Shown here piece after piece: positions 55,218-64,000 of a stretch of 64,000 nt of DNA. Every line of letters begins with the position of its first letter. Within the stretch, counting starts at the first letter, position 1. Under the pieces are notes generated by a model. That model was given only the letters and a program-made list of their open reading frames with translations. It was not told the origin of the DNA and made no database searches. Source of the DNA: Chloroflexota bacterium (GTDB lineage Bacteria; Chloroflexota; Limnocylindria; P2-11E). Location of the stretch: the NCBI GenBank assembly GCA_005889405.1, contig VBFY01000068.1:440-64439 (forward strand). The letters are read 5' to 3'. Position numbers and translations under genes: made by a program.

Positions 55218-55227
55218 CTCAAAACAG

Positions 55228-56583
55228 ATGCGCCTGACGTCGTGGCTCGTCGCGCTCGTGGCCGTGCTCGCCGTCTTCGTGGACATCCCGAAGCACCAGT
55301 TCTCGTTCCCCTTCAACTGCCCGGGCGTCTGCGTGAAGATCGGCGACTTCCAGATCAATCAGGAGATCAAGACGCATCTCGGCCTGGACCTGCAGGGAGG
55401 CACGCAGCTGATCCTTCGCCTCCAGTACGAGAAGCTGCCACCGGGCTCGACCGCCACGCAAAGCGAGCTTCAGAACCAGGCGGTCCGCGTCATCGAGAAC
55501 CGCATCAACTCGCTCGGCGTATCGGAGCCCGTCATCCAGGGCCTCGGCCCGGACAAGATCCTCCTCGAGCTTCCCGGCATCGACGACCTGCAGCAGGCGA
55601 ACGACGTCGCGACACGCCAGGCGTTCCTCGAGGTCAAGGTCCCCGACAAGGACAACCCGGGGAAGTACAAGTCGCTCGAACCGCCGCTCACCGGTGCGGA
55701 CCTCAACCCCAACGGCGTCTACGTGACGTTCCAGAACGGCACGAAGCCCGTGGTCCACTTCGAATTCAAGGGCGCCGCGAGCGACCGCTGGGTCCAGATC
55801 TCGAAGGATTACCTGAACCAGCCGGTACAGATCGTCCTCGACGGCAAGGAAGTGTCCGCGCCGGTGATCCAGACCGTGTTCACGACCGGCACCGGGATCA
55901 TCGAAGGGAACTTCACGACGAAGAGCGCCAACGAGCTCGCGATCCAGCTGAAGTCGGGCTCGCTACCCGTGCCGCTCGAGGTGATCCAGTCCTCACGCGT
56001 CGAGCCGACCCTTGGCCGCGACTCGGTGAACCGCAGTCTGGTGGCTGGCGCGATCGGCCTGCTGCTCGTCGCGTTCTTCATGATCGCGTACTACCGCCTG
56101 CCGGGTGCGATCGCCGTCCTCGCGCTCCTGTATTACACCGCGCTGACGTACGCGCTCTTCCGTCTTGTTCCCGTGACGCTCACGCTGGCGGGCATCGCGG
56201 GCTTCATCCTGTCGATCGGCATGGCGGTCGACGCGAACGTACTCACCTTCGAGCGCCTCAAGGAAGAGCTGCGCTCGGGCAAGTCCCTGCGCGCGGCGGT
56301 GGAGGAGGGCCGGCGACGCGCGTTCCCGTCGATCCTCTACTCGAACCTGGCCACGATCATGACCGCCGGCATCCTCTTCTGGTTCGGGACCGGCACGGTG
56401 AAGGGATTCGCGCTGACGCTGGCGATCGGCGTCGGCGTGTCGTTCTTCACCGCGGTCATCGTCACGCAGATGCTGCTCCACGCGGCGATCGAGGCGAGCT
56501 CGCTCCGGCGCCGTCGGCTCTACGGCGTCGAGGAGAAGGCACCTGACGCGCGCACGGCGGGCGCGCCGGTGGCGGCCGTCTGA
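55228..56583 (+). CDS. secD: Protein translocase subunit SecD
   Basis: LGLDLQGG, RINSLGVSEP, IVLDG...SAP, LKSGSLP, IGMAVDANV..FER. Confidence 0.95.
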   Translation: MRLTSWLVALVAVLAVFVDIPKHQFSFPFNCPGVCVKIGDFQINQEIKTHLGLDLQGGTQLILRLQYEKLPPGSTATQSELQNQAVRVIENRINSLGVSEPVIQGLGPDKILLELPGIDDLQQANDVATRQAFLEVKVPDKDNPGKYKSLEPPLTGADLNPNGVYVTFQNGTKPVVHFEFKGAASDRWVQISKDYLNQPVQIVLDGKEVSAPVIQTVFTTGTGIIEGNFTTKSANELAIQLKSGSLPVPLEVIQSSRVEPTLGRDSVNRSLVAGAIGLLLVAFFMIAYYRLPGAIAVLALLYYTALTYALFRLVPVTLTLAGIAGFILSIGMAVDANVLTFERLKEELRSGKSLRAAVEEGRRRAFPSILYSNLATIMTAGILFWFGTGTVKGFALTLAIGVGVSFFTAVIVTQMLLHAAIEASSLRRRRLYGVEEKAPDARTAGAPVAAV

Positions 56584-57497
56584 TGGTGAAGTTCGTCGAG
56601 CGCAAGTGGTGGTACTTCGCGTTCTCGGGCCTGCTCATCATTCCCGGCCTGGTCTTCCTGCTGCTCGGCGGCCTGAAGCCAGGCATCGAGTTCAAGGGAG
56701 GCACGCTCCTCGACATCCGGTTCGACACGCCGCCGAGCATCAGCGACGTGACCGCGGTCATGAAGGACCTGAAGCACGACGAGGCGATCGTGCAGGGCGC
56801 CGAGGGCGGCCGCATCGAGATCCGCACGTTCGAGATGAAACCCGACGAGCAGGTGGCCACCGAGGCGGCGCTCCGCGCGAAGTTCGGCGCGAACATGAAG
56901 GATGTGAGTCCCTCGACCGTCAGTCCCTCGTTCAGCGGCGAGCTCATCGACAACGCGGTGCGGTCGATCGCGCTCGCCTCGGTGCTCATCGTGCTTCTCA
57001 TCGCATACGCGTTCCGAAACTTCGGGTGGGGCGCTTTCCGCTACGGCATCGCCGCCATCATCTCGCTGCTTCACGACGCGGCGGTGGTCCTCGGGTTCTT
57101 CGCGGCCCTCGGCTTCTTCTTCAACGTCGAGATCGACAGCCTCTTCGTGACGGCGGTGCTGACGATCATCGGCTTCTCGGTGCACGACACGATCGTGGTA
57201 TTCGACCGTATCCGCGAGAACCTGCGGCTGAACCCCGGTGAGGCGCTGAACCCGGTGATCAACTTCTCGATCATGCAGACGCTCGCGCGGTCCGTGATCA
57301 CCTCGTTGACGGTCGTACTGACGCTGCTGGCGCTGTACCTGTTCGGCGGATTCTCGATGCGGAACTTCGCCCTCGCGCTCCTGGTAGGAATCGTATCCGG
57401 AACGTATTCGTCGATCTTCAACGCCAGCCAGATCATCTCGCTGTGGCAGGAGGTGGAGGACCGCCTTCGGCATCGCGCTACCCCGGCGCCCGCCTAA
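56583..57497 (+). CDS. secF: Protein translocase subunit SecF
   Basis: GIEFKGG, L.HD, IGFSVHDTIVVFDRIREN, TLARS..TS, GTYSSIF. Confidence 0.95.
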   Translation: MVKFVERKWWYFAFSGLLIIPGLVFLLLGGLKPGIEFKGGTLLDIRFDTPPSISDVTAVMKDLKHDEAIVQGAEGGRIEIRTFEMKPDEQVATEAALRAKFGANMKDVSPSTVSPSFSGELIDNAVRSIALASVLIVLLIAYAFRNFGWGAFRYGIAAIISLLHDAAVVLGFFAALGFFFNVEIDSLFVTAVLTIIGFSVHDTIVVFDRIRENLRLNPGEALNPVINFSIMQTLARSVITSLTVVLTLLALYLFGGFSMRNFALALLVGIVSGTYSSIFNASQIISLWQEVEDRLRHRATPAPA

Positions 57498-57571
57498 CAG
57501 CGACGCGGGCGCCTCGCGCCACACGCCAAGCTGATGACGGCAGCGAATAGCTGCGGAATACACTTTCCTAG

Positions 57572-58000
57572 ATGTTCGGGCTGAACTTGGTCCCGCCTCT
57601 GGTGCGCACCGCGATGATGATGCTGCTCCTGGGTGGCCTGGTGGGATACGTCGGGACGGCCTTCACGACGACGCTCGTGGCCGACTCGGGCATCCTCGGG
57701 AACAGCGGCGAGTCGAACGCGGCACACAAATACATGCTCGCGCTGCTGCAACGTGAGTCCGACAACCTGTCGCGCCTCGGCCCATCGGCCGATGTGGTGT
57801 CGCGTGCGCTCCAGCAGCAGAACGTGTCGCAGCAGCCCCAGGACGTGAAGCCACTGACGGTGACCTATCTCGGTGGGGCGTCCTCGGGCCGCATCAGCGT
57901 CCAGATCTACGCCGTCGAGGTCCAGGCCAGCGGCGGGCAATACCAGTTCTTGCCCTTCTCGCTGACACTGATCGGCGGCAGGGTGCAGCGCGTTGAGTAG
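57572..58000 (+). CDS. Small membrane-anchored hypothetical protein A
   Basis: ATG 7 nt after TACACT; N-terminal TM; helix then beta-sheet C-terminus. Confidence 0.7.
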   Translation: MFGLNLVPPLVRTAMMMLLLGGLVGYVGTAFTTTLVADSGILGNSGESNAAHKYMLALLQRESDNLSRLGPSADVVSRALQQQNVSQQPQDVKPLTVTYLGGASSGRISVQIYAVEVQASGGQYQFLPFSLTLIGGRVQRVE

Positions 58001-58430
58001 CGCTGCGGCGCTCAGCAGCGGCGTTCCCGTGAGCAGCACGCGCGCCGCCCTGATCCTGGCGACCTTCCTCGGGGGTCTCGTCATGGGCGTCGCCGCCTAC
58101 GCCTTCACCGACAAGGGCGTCGACGCGAACCCCTACGCGAGCCTGCCTAAGATCGCCGAGCCGGCGGCGACCGCGGAGGTGGCTCGCGACCTGCTGAACG
58201 ATGATTCCAAGGCGCTCTCCAACCAGCTGGACATGACTGTCCTGCAGCAGCTTCAGACCGCGATCGATCCGTTGGTCGACATTCGGAGTATCAAGTTCGT
58301 GGGAGCGGTGGAGAAGAATGGTCGCGTTCTCGCCGCTTACGTCGCGGGTGGCCGTACCAGCGACGGTACGGACATCGTCCGAGGATTCGTTCTCCGCCTG
58401 ACCGGCGACCAGATCGTTGGGGTGAACTAG
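57993..58430 (+). CDS. Small membrane-anchored hypothetical protein B, apparent paralog of A (alternative GTG 58029)
   Basis: N-terminal TM; C-terminal pattern similar to protein A; stop abuts the FtsH-like ATG. Confidence 0.7.
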   Translation: MSSAAALSSGVPVSSTRAALILATFLGGLVMGVAAYAFTDKGVDANPYASLPKIAEPAATAEVARDLLNDDSKALSNQLDMTVLQQLQTAIDPLVDIRSIKFVGAVEKNGRVLAAYVAGGRTSDGTDIVRGFVLRLTGDQIVGVN

Positions 58431-60287
58431 ATGGCGAGCATGCAGTCGGCACTGGGTACCACGGCGTATGTGTTGGATCACAACAAGAAGCGCCTGCTGA
58501 TCCTGTTCATCGTCGTCGGTGGGGCCGTCGGCCTCTACGGCATCAGAGGCATCTTCCAGGGGATCCTCGACATGATCGGGCAGGCGCCCCAGCTGCTCAT
58601 CCTGCTGCTCTTCTACTCGTTCATGATGATCGTCCAGTTCGGCGCGCTGATGTGGTTCATGTCCCGCCCGCGCACCTACACCGTGACGCCGGACAAGCCG
58701 CAGATCGGGCTCTCGTTCGAGAACTACCGCGGGCAGCCCGACCTGCTGGATCATGCGAAGAGCCTGGTCCGGATCCTGAAGGGCGTGAAGACGTTCCAGG
58801 AGCGCGGCGGCGAGATGCCACAGGGCATGCTCCTCGCCGGTCCGCCCGGCACCGGCAAGACGTTCCTCGCGGGCGTCATGGCTGCCGAGGCGAACCTGCC
58901 GTTCATCTACGTGGACGCATCGAGCATCACGGGTATGTTCATGGGCATGGACGTTTTCATGGTCATCTCTCTCTTCCGCAAGGCCCGCGGCCTCGCACGG
59001 AAGTTCGCGGCACCTGGCCAACCGGGCTGCTGCATCCTGTTCTTGGACGAGCTCGATTCGATCGGTCTGTCACGCGGTGGTATGGGAGGCCAGCAGGCGC
59101 AGATGGGGCCGATGGGGATGATGGGCGGCCGCAGCCTGGCGCTCAACACGATGCTCAATCAAATGGACTCACTCGGCAAGCACGTCGAAGATCGCATGAA
59201 GTACAAGGTCGCGCGCTGGCTCGGACTCATCCGCGGACCAGTTCCGCCGAAGCCCGTCGTGTTCGTCATCGGCGCGACCAACCGGCCCGACGTGCTGGAC
59301 CCGGCTCTCGTGCGCGCCGGTCGCCTCGACCGCAAGCTCATGGTCTACGAGCCGGACGGTGAGGGCCGCAAGGACATCCTCCAGCACTACCTGCGGCTCA
59401 AGGCGCATGACCCGGAGATCCCGGTCGATCTCATGGTGGCGGACTCGATCGGTTGGACGCCGATCGATCTGAAGACCGTCATCAACGAGGCGCTCATCGT
59501 TGCCCACGATGCCGGGCGCGAGTACCTGACGTACAAGGACTGGCTCACCGCGCGCGATGCGCGCCTCCTCGGCATCAAGCAGCCGATCCTCAGCATGTCG
59601 TCGCATGACCGCCGCACCATCGCGTACCACGAGGCGGGTCACGCGATCGCCTCGCACTACCTCAACAAGGACGACCGCATCCAGAAGGCGTCGATCATCC
59701 GCATGGGCGATGCCTATGGCGTCGTCATGCCGACACCGAAGCTGGAGCGCCATCAGCTCCATGCCGAAGAGATCGAGAACGACATCATGGTGTCGCTCGG
59801 ATCTCGTGCGGTCGAGGAGATCATCCTGAAAACGAAGACGGCGAACGCGTCGTCCGACCTGCGCAACGCGACGAACCGCGCGATCGCCTACGTCGGCACG
59901 TGGGGCATGGGCTCCACGCTTCTCGCGTTCCCGCCGAATGCGATGGGCGCGCCGCCACAGGTGCTTTCCCTCGCCGACAAGCTGCTCGAGGGTCTCTACG
60001 AGGAGACCAAGCGGCTCATCCATGAGAAGGAATACGCCGTCCATGCGATCGCGGGTCAGCTTCTCCAGCGTGGCGAGCTCATCGGTCCCGAGCTGGACGA
60101 GATCTTCGAGGCCGCTGATCTGTCGAACCCCGAGATGGCCAAGGAGTTCGTGCGCCGCCCGGTGAACCTGCCGAAGATGTCGGACCTGATGAAGAAGGAA
60201 GAGCTGCCACCCGGAGTGATTGCTGTTCCGGTCGCTGCGTCGGATCTTCCCGGCCAGCCCCCGCCTGCGCCGATACCGGGGGGCTAG
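58431..60287 (+). CDS. Atypical FtsH-like AAA+ zinc metalloprotease
   Basis: 2 TM, GPPGTGKT, LFLDELD, ATNRPDVLDPALVRAGRLDR, YHEAGH, ASSDL. Confidence 0.88.
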   Translation: MASMQSALGTTAYVLDHNKKRLLILFIVVGGAVGLYGIRGIFQGILDMIGQAPQLLILLLFYSFMMIVQFGALMWFMSRPRTYTVTPDKPQIGLSFENYRGQPDLLDHAKSLVRILKGVKTFQERGGEMPQGMLLAGPPGTGKTFLAGVMAAEANLPFIYVDASSITGMFMGMDVFMVISLFRKARGLARKFAAPGQPGCCILFLDELDSIGLSRGGMGGQQAQMGPMGMMGGRSLALNTMLNQMDSLGKHVEDRMKYKVARWLGLIRGPVPPKPVVFVIGATNRPDVLDPALVRAGRLDRKLMVYEPDGEGRKDILQHYLRLKAHDPEIPVDLMVADSIGWTPIDLKTVINEALIVAHDAGREYLTYKDWLTARDARLLGIKQPILSMSSHDRRTIAYHEAGHAIASHYLNKDDRIQKASIIRMGDAYGVVMPTPKLERHQLHAEEIENDIMVSLGSRAVEEIILKTKTANASSDLRNATNRAIAYVGTWGMGSTLLAFPPNAMGAPPQVLSLADKLLEGLYEETKRLIHEKEYAVHAIAGQLLQRGELIGPELDEIFEAADLSNPEMAKEFVRRPVNLPKMSDLMKKEELPPGVIAVPVAASDLPGQPPPAPIPGG

Positions 60288-61603
60288 CGGGAATACGCCT
60301 TCGCGAGCTGCGCGAGGGTGACGAAGCGAAGCGGTCCGGCGTCGCGGTCGTAGCGGTACGGCTCGAACGCGCGAAATAGCGCCTCGATCGCCGCGCGCTC
60401 GGTGGCGTCGATCGTCCCCGGGTGGCTTACCACGGTGAGCGCGCGCTTCTGCGTCTCCGGCCGGCCCGGCGGGGCGATCATCCGCAGATCTGCCTGCGCG
60501 ACCGCGTCGATCGACGACGCGCTCTGGCCGTACGTGTTGCCCGCGATGGTCGGCGCCTCGAGGAGCGCCAGGTCGCCGGCCGCGTTCGCGTCGTCACGCG
60601 CCGGGTAGTACGGCTGCGCATCGGGCGCCAGGGTCCATGGGAGCTGGAGGCGACCGAACGGTCCGGCCGGTGTCGCGCTGCAATCCGCGGTGAAGCCGAG
60701 CGCCGCGACCGCGCGCAGGTTCGCGGCGTTCGCGAACAGACCACCGCCGCGGAAGGAGCTCGCCTTCGGGAGTCCGTGCTCGGCCATGAGTCGAAGCGAG
60801 AACTCCACCAGCGTCCGGGTCTCGGCTTCGTCGTACGCAGTGAGCGGGACGTCGTATCCGTCGCTGCGACCGCCCCAGTTCGGCGCGGTGCGCGGCACGA
60901 GACCCGCGGCGCGAACGAAGTCGGTCCACATGTGCACGTGAAGCGCGACCTCGTCGCCCTTCGCGAGGCGACCCTTCGTCCATGCGAGCATCGCGTCGGC
61001 GCGCGCGCCGCTGACCTGTGTCGTGGTCCACACGCGCGGGTTCCACATCAGTGTCATCGGCACGCCGAGCCCGTCCGCGATCGCCGCGGTGTTCGCCATC
61101 TCGGCGTCGCCGGCGGCGTCGCCTTCGAAGTCGAGCGTCCACACGACGTATTCGGGCGCGGACAGCATGAAGGTCGGCGTGTCGATGACCGCGTCCGTCC
61201 CGTCCCGTAGCCGGATGAGGAAGTCGACCGTCTGTGCGCCGGGAGGCGCGCCGTCGAGCGGTAGCGTGCCGGTCCACTGCCCGCCGCTGAGCGTCAGGTC
61301 GACACTGCGGCCGGTCGATCGCAGGCGGGCGCGGGGTCGGCCCGGCGCCGCGTCGACGTTCGGGAAGGCGATCGACACCCTCGCGGCATCCGCGAAGAGG
61401 CCGTCCGAGGTGGTGTACCAACGCCGGGCAATGGTGCCTTTTGCGACGGGTCTGTCGGCGAGGCCCTCAAGAACCGTCGCCGGCGCCGAGTCGGTGGGCG
61501 TAGCCGATGAGCCACTCGTCGGTGCGGAGGAGGGTGTCGACGGGGCCGGAGCGCATGCCGACGCCGTGATCACGACCGCGGCGATGATGGCGATGGAGCG
61601 CAC
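60284..61603 (-). CDS. Lipoprotein with polysaccharide-deacetylase (NodB/CE4)-like domain (alternative start 61630)
   Basis: Lipobox ITASA-C; WTLDFEG, EVALHVH, SFRGGG, SHP; TACGAT 9 nt before GTG 61603. Confidence 0.72.
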   Translation of the reverse strand: MRSIAIIAAVVITASACAPAPSTPSSAPTSGSSATPTDSAPATVLEGLADRPVAKGTIARRWYTTSDGLFADAARVSIAFPNVDAAPGRPRARLRSTGRSVDLTLSGGQWTGTLPLDGAPPGAQTVDFLIRLRDGTDAVIDTPTFMLSAPEYVVWTLDFEGDAAGDAEMANTAAIADGLGVPMTLMWNPRVWTTTQVSGARADAMLAWTKGRLAKGDEVALHVHMWTDFVRAAGLVPRTAPNWGGRSDGYDVPLTAYDEAETRTLVEFSLRLMAEHGLPKASSFRGGGLFANAANLRAVAALGFTADCSATPAGPFGRLQLPWTLAPDAQPYYPARDDANAAGDLALLEAPTIAGNTYGQSASSIDAVAQADLRMIAPPGRPETQKRALTVVSHPGTIDATERAAIEALFRAFEPYRYDRDAGPLRFVTLAQLAKAYSR

Positions 61604-61648
61604 GACGACCTCATCGTACGAGGAGGGCATGAGAAACTTGTTGGTCAG

Positions 61649-63355
61649 ATGAGCCTTACCGCCCTGCGCCGCTGGATCCTCCCGGACGAGCTGGACCTCG
61701 TCGCCCCCGACGGCATACCGCCGCTGGTCGCTCGCGTCATGGCGGCTCGTGGCATCGAGACCACTGACATGGCCGACTTCATCGCCGCGCGAGCGGTCGA
61801 GGACGGGCCGCCCATGCTCGATATGGACCGTGCGCTCGAGCGTCTACGACGTGCGCTCGCGGCTCGCGAGCGCATCGTCGTCTACGGGGACTACGACGTC
61901 GACGGTATCGCCGGTTCGGCGATCCTCGTGCGTGCCTTCCGGCAGCTCGGCGTCGCGGTTGCGGCGTACATCCCGAACCGCTACGAGGAGGGGTACGGGC
62001 TGAACGAGGAGGCGCTCCGGAAGCTTGCCGCGGACGGTGCCCGCGTCATCGTGTCGGTGGACTGTGGCGTCACGGCGGTGCGCGAGGCCGCGCTGGCACG
62101 GTCGCTCGGCCTTGATCTGATCATCACCGACCACCACCACCCTCCGGCCAAGCTTCCCGACGCGTTCGCGATCGTGAATCCGCGCCGCCCGGGTGACGCG
62201 TCGCTCGACAAAGAGCTCGCTGGCGCGGGTGTGGCGTTGATGGTCGCGCGCCGGCTGCTCGGCGAGCTGGGCTTCGCGCTACGCCGCGACGAGCTCATGC
62301 AGCTCGTCTCGCTGGCGACGGTGGCCGACGTGGTGCCGCTCCGAGCGGCGAATCGCGCGCTGGTCCGCGCGGGACTCGAAACGCTCAATCGCGCTCCGAT
62401 CATCGGCGTGCGCGCCCTCGTCGAGCGTGCCGGGCTCAAGCTCGGGCACGTGAACGCCTCCGACATCGGGTACGTCCTCGGCCCGCGTCTGAACGCCGCC
62501 GGTCGCATCGCCGATGCCGAGGAGGCGCTGCGCCTGCTGCTGACCGAGGACGTCGAAGAGGCGAAGGTCCTCGCCGAGAATCTCGAGAAGAAGAACTCCG
62601 AACGGCAGGAGCTCACGCGTCAGGTCGTGAAGGGCGCGCGCGAGCGCGCCGAGGAGCGGCCCGATGCGTGGGCGACGGTCGTTTCGGATCCCACCTGGCC
62701 CGCGGGCATCGTCGGGCTCGCGGCCTCGCGCTTGGTGGAGGACTACGGCCGTCCGGCGGTCGTGATCGCGATCGACGGCGATGAGGGCAAAGGCTCCTGC
62801 CGGTCGATCTCCGCCGTGCATATCGCCGAGGCGCTCGACGAATGCGATGACCTCCTTATGAAACACGGCGGTCATGCCATGGCTGCCGGTTTCTCCGTCG
62901 CGCGCGTGAACATCCCAGCGTTCACCGACCGCCTCGATGAGGTCGTGCGTCGCAGGCTCGGCGGCGTGCGCCCGATCCCGTCGCTGCGCGTCGATGCGGA
63001 GATCGAACCGGATGCGCTGACGTCGCGTCTCGCGCTCGAGCTCGCGTCGCTCGAGCCATGCGGGGCGGGGAACCCGCGCCCGCATCTGCTCCTGCGGAAC
63101 GTGAAGGTCTACGGCATCCGCCAGGTCGGCGCGGACTCCGATCACCTCCGCTGCAAGATCACGGTCGGTCGCTTCACGTTCGACGCCATGGCGTTCCGGC
63201 GTGGCGAGCACGTAGAGGCGATGACCGACGCCGGCTTCGTCGACGCCGTCGTCACGGTCGGTGCGGGGCTGCGCGGCTTCGTCGAGCTCGAGCTCCGCGA
63301 CTTCGGGCCCGTCGGGACCGCCGACCGCATGCGCTTGGAAGCGGTGGTGGCCTGA
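61649..63355 (+). CDS. recJ: Single-stranded DNA exonuclease
   Basis: GDYDVDG, IPNRYEEGYG, VDCG, ITDHH, GPRLNAAGR, KGS.RS, GGHAMAAG, P.G.GNPRP. Confidence 0.95.
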   Translation: MSLTALRRWILPDELDLVAPDGIPPLVARVMAARGIETTDMADFIAARAVEDGPPMLDMDRALERLRRALAARERIVVYGDYDVDGIAGSAILVRAFRQLGVAVAAYIPNRYEEGYGLNEEALRKLAADGARVIVSVDCGVTAVREAALARSLGLDLIITDHHHPPAKLPDAFAIVNPRRPGDASLDKELAGAGVALMVARRLLGELGFALRRDELMQLVSLATVADVVPLRAANRALVRAGLETLNRAPIIGVRALVERAGLKLGHVNASDIGYVLGPRLNAAGRIADAEEALRLLLTEDVEEAKVLAENLEKKNSERQELTRQVVKGARERAEERPDAWATVVSDPTWPAGIVGLAASRLVEDYGRPAVVIAIDGDEGKGSCRSISAVHIAEALDECDDLLMKHGGHAMAAGFSVARVNIPAFTDRLDEVVRRRLGGVRPIPSLRVDAEIEPDALTSRLALELASLEPCGAGNPRPHLLLRNVKVYGIRQVGADSDHLRCKITVGRFTFDAMAFRRGEHVEAMTDAGFVDAVVTVGAGLRGFVELELRDFGPVGTADRMRLEAVVA

Positions 63356-64000
63356 TGGCGGAGCGCGCCACGATCACGTCGCGGATCGTCGGCATCACCG
63401 AGCGCCTGCGCGCGCAGCGTCACGGCGCCGTCGACGTCGAGGGCATCGTGAAGGAGATGTTGCGCCACTACCCGGACGGTGACGCGGAGCTCGTTCGGCG
63501 CGCGTACGCCTACGCGGCCGAGGCGCACGCCGGCCAGAAGCGCGTGTCGGGCGAGCCCTACATCACGCACCCGGCCGCGGTCGCGATGCTCATCGCGGAG
63601 CTTGGGATGGAGGCGGCGACCGTCGCGGCGACGCTGCTGCACGACGTGCCGGAGGACACCGCACGCACCGTCGAGGACATCCGTCTCGAGTTCGGCGACG
63701 AGATCGGCCGCCTCGTCGAGGGCGTCACCAAGCTGGGCCGTCTTCAGGGCCAGTCCCGCGATGCCCATCAGGCCGAGAACATCCGCAAGATGTTCCTCGC
63801 GATGGCGGACGACCTCCGCGTCGTGATCATCAAGCTGTGCGATCGGCTCCACAACATGCGCACGCTCGCGCCGCTCGCGCCGGAGAAGCAGCAGCGGATC
63901 GCGCGCCAGACCATCGAGATCTACGCGCCGCTCGCCCACCGCCTCGGCATCTGGCAGATCAAGTGGGAGCTCGAGGACCTGGCGTTCAAGTATCTCGAGC
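63355..64000 (+). CDS. rel: Bifunctional (p)ppGpp synthetase/hydrolase RelA/SpoT, 3'-truncated (absent from the ORF track)
   Basis: Manual translation from ATG 63355: AHAGQKRVSGEPYITHP, LLHDVPEDT, ENIRKMFLAM, IKLCDRLHNMRTL, YAPLAHRLGI..IKWELEDL. Confidence 0.95.
   Translation, partial: MAERATITSRIVGITERLRAQRHGAVDVEGIVKEMLRHYPDGDAELVRRAYAYAAEAHAGQKRVSGEPYITHPAAVAMLIAELGMEAATVAATLLHDVPEDTARTVEDIRLEFGDEIGRLVEGVTKLGRLQGQSRDAHQAENIRKMFLAMADDLRVVIIKLCDRLHNMRTLAPLAPEKQQRIARQTIEIYAPLAHRLGIWQIKWELEDLAFKYLE

Overview
A very GC-rich (about 70% by eye), extremely gene-dense bacterial core-genome segment with about 67 protein genes. Gene content and synteny suggest Chloroflexota, possibly Limnocylindria (inference). 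Housekeeping blocks: fabG(partial)-lspA-rluD-gmk-priA-def-fmt; rlmN; rpmB/DAK2(fakA)/recG-rsmD-sepIVA-like-yceD-rpmF-plsX-nusB; acpP-rnc-smc-ftsY-ffh-rpsP-khpA-rimM-trmD-rplS-rnhB; yraN-comM-dprA; trpS-manC-topA-femAB-femAB-murE; phnDCE; pyrF-tatB-secD-secF; recJ-rel(partial). I saw no rRNA, tRNA, CRISPR array or transposase. Most unusual points: (1) a degenerate stand-alone EAL protein between ftsY and ffh; (2) TrmD fused to two C-terminal HTH units; (3) an FtsH-like AAA+ protease with almost no extracytoplasmic domain, preceded by two paralogous small membrane-anchored proteins next to tatB-secDF; (4) an ECF sigma factor paired with a membrane-anchored GerMN/Gmad2 protein; (5) a femAB-femAB-murE(EDPR)-P-loop kinase-PD40 propeller operon. 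Window-wide patterns are many apparently leaderless genes, several apparent CTG/ATT/ATC starts, convergent genes sharing a CTAG stop overlap, and several structured intergenic elements. All family calls come from recognising motifs by eye; no searches were run.
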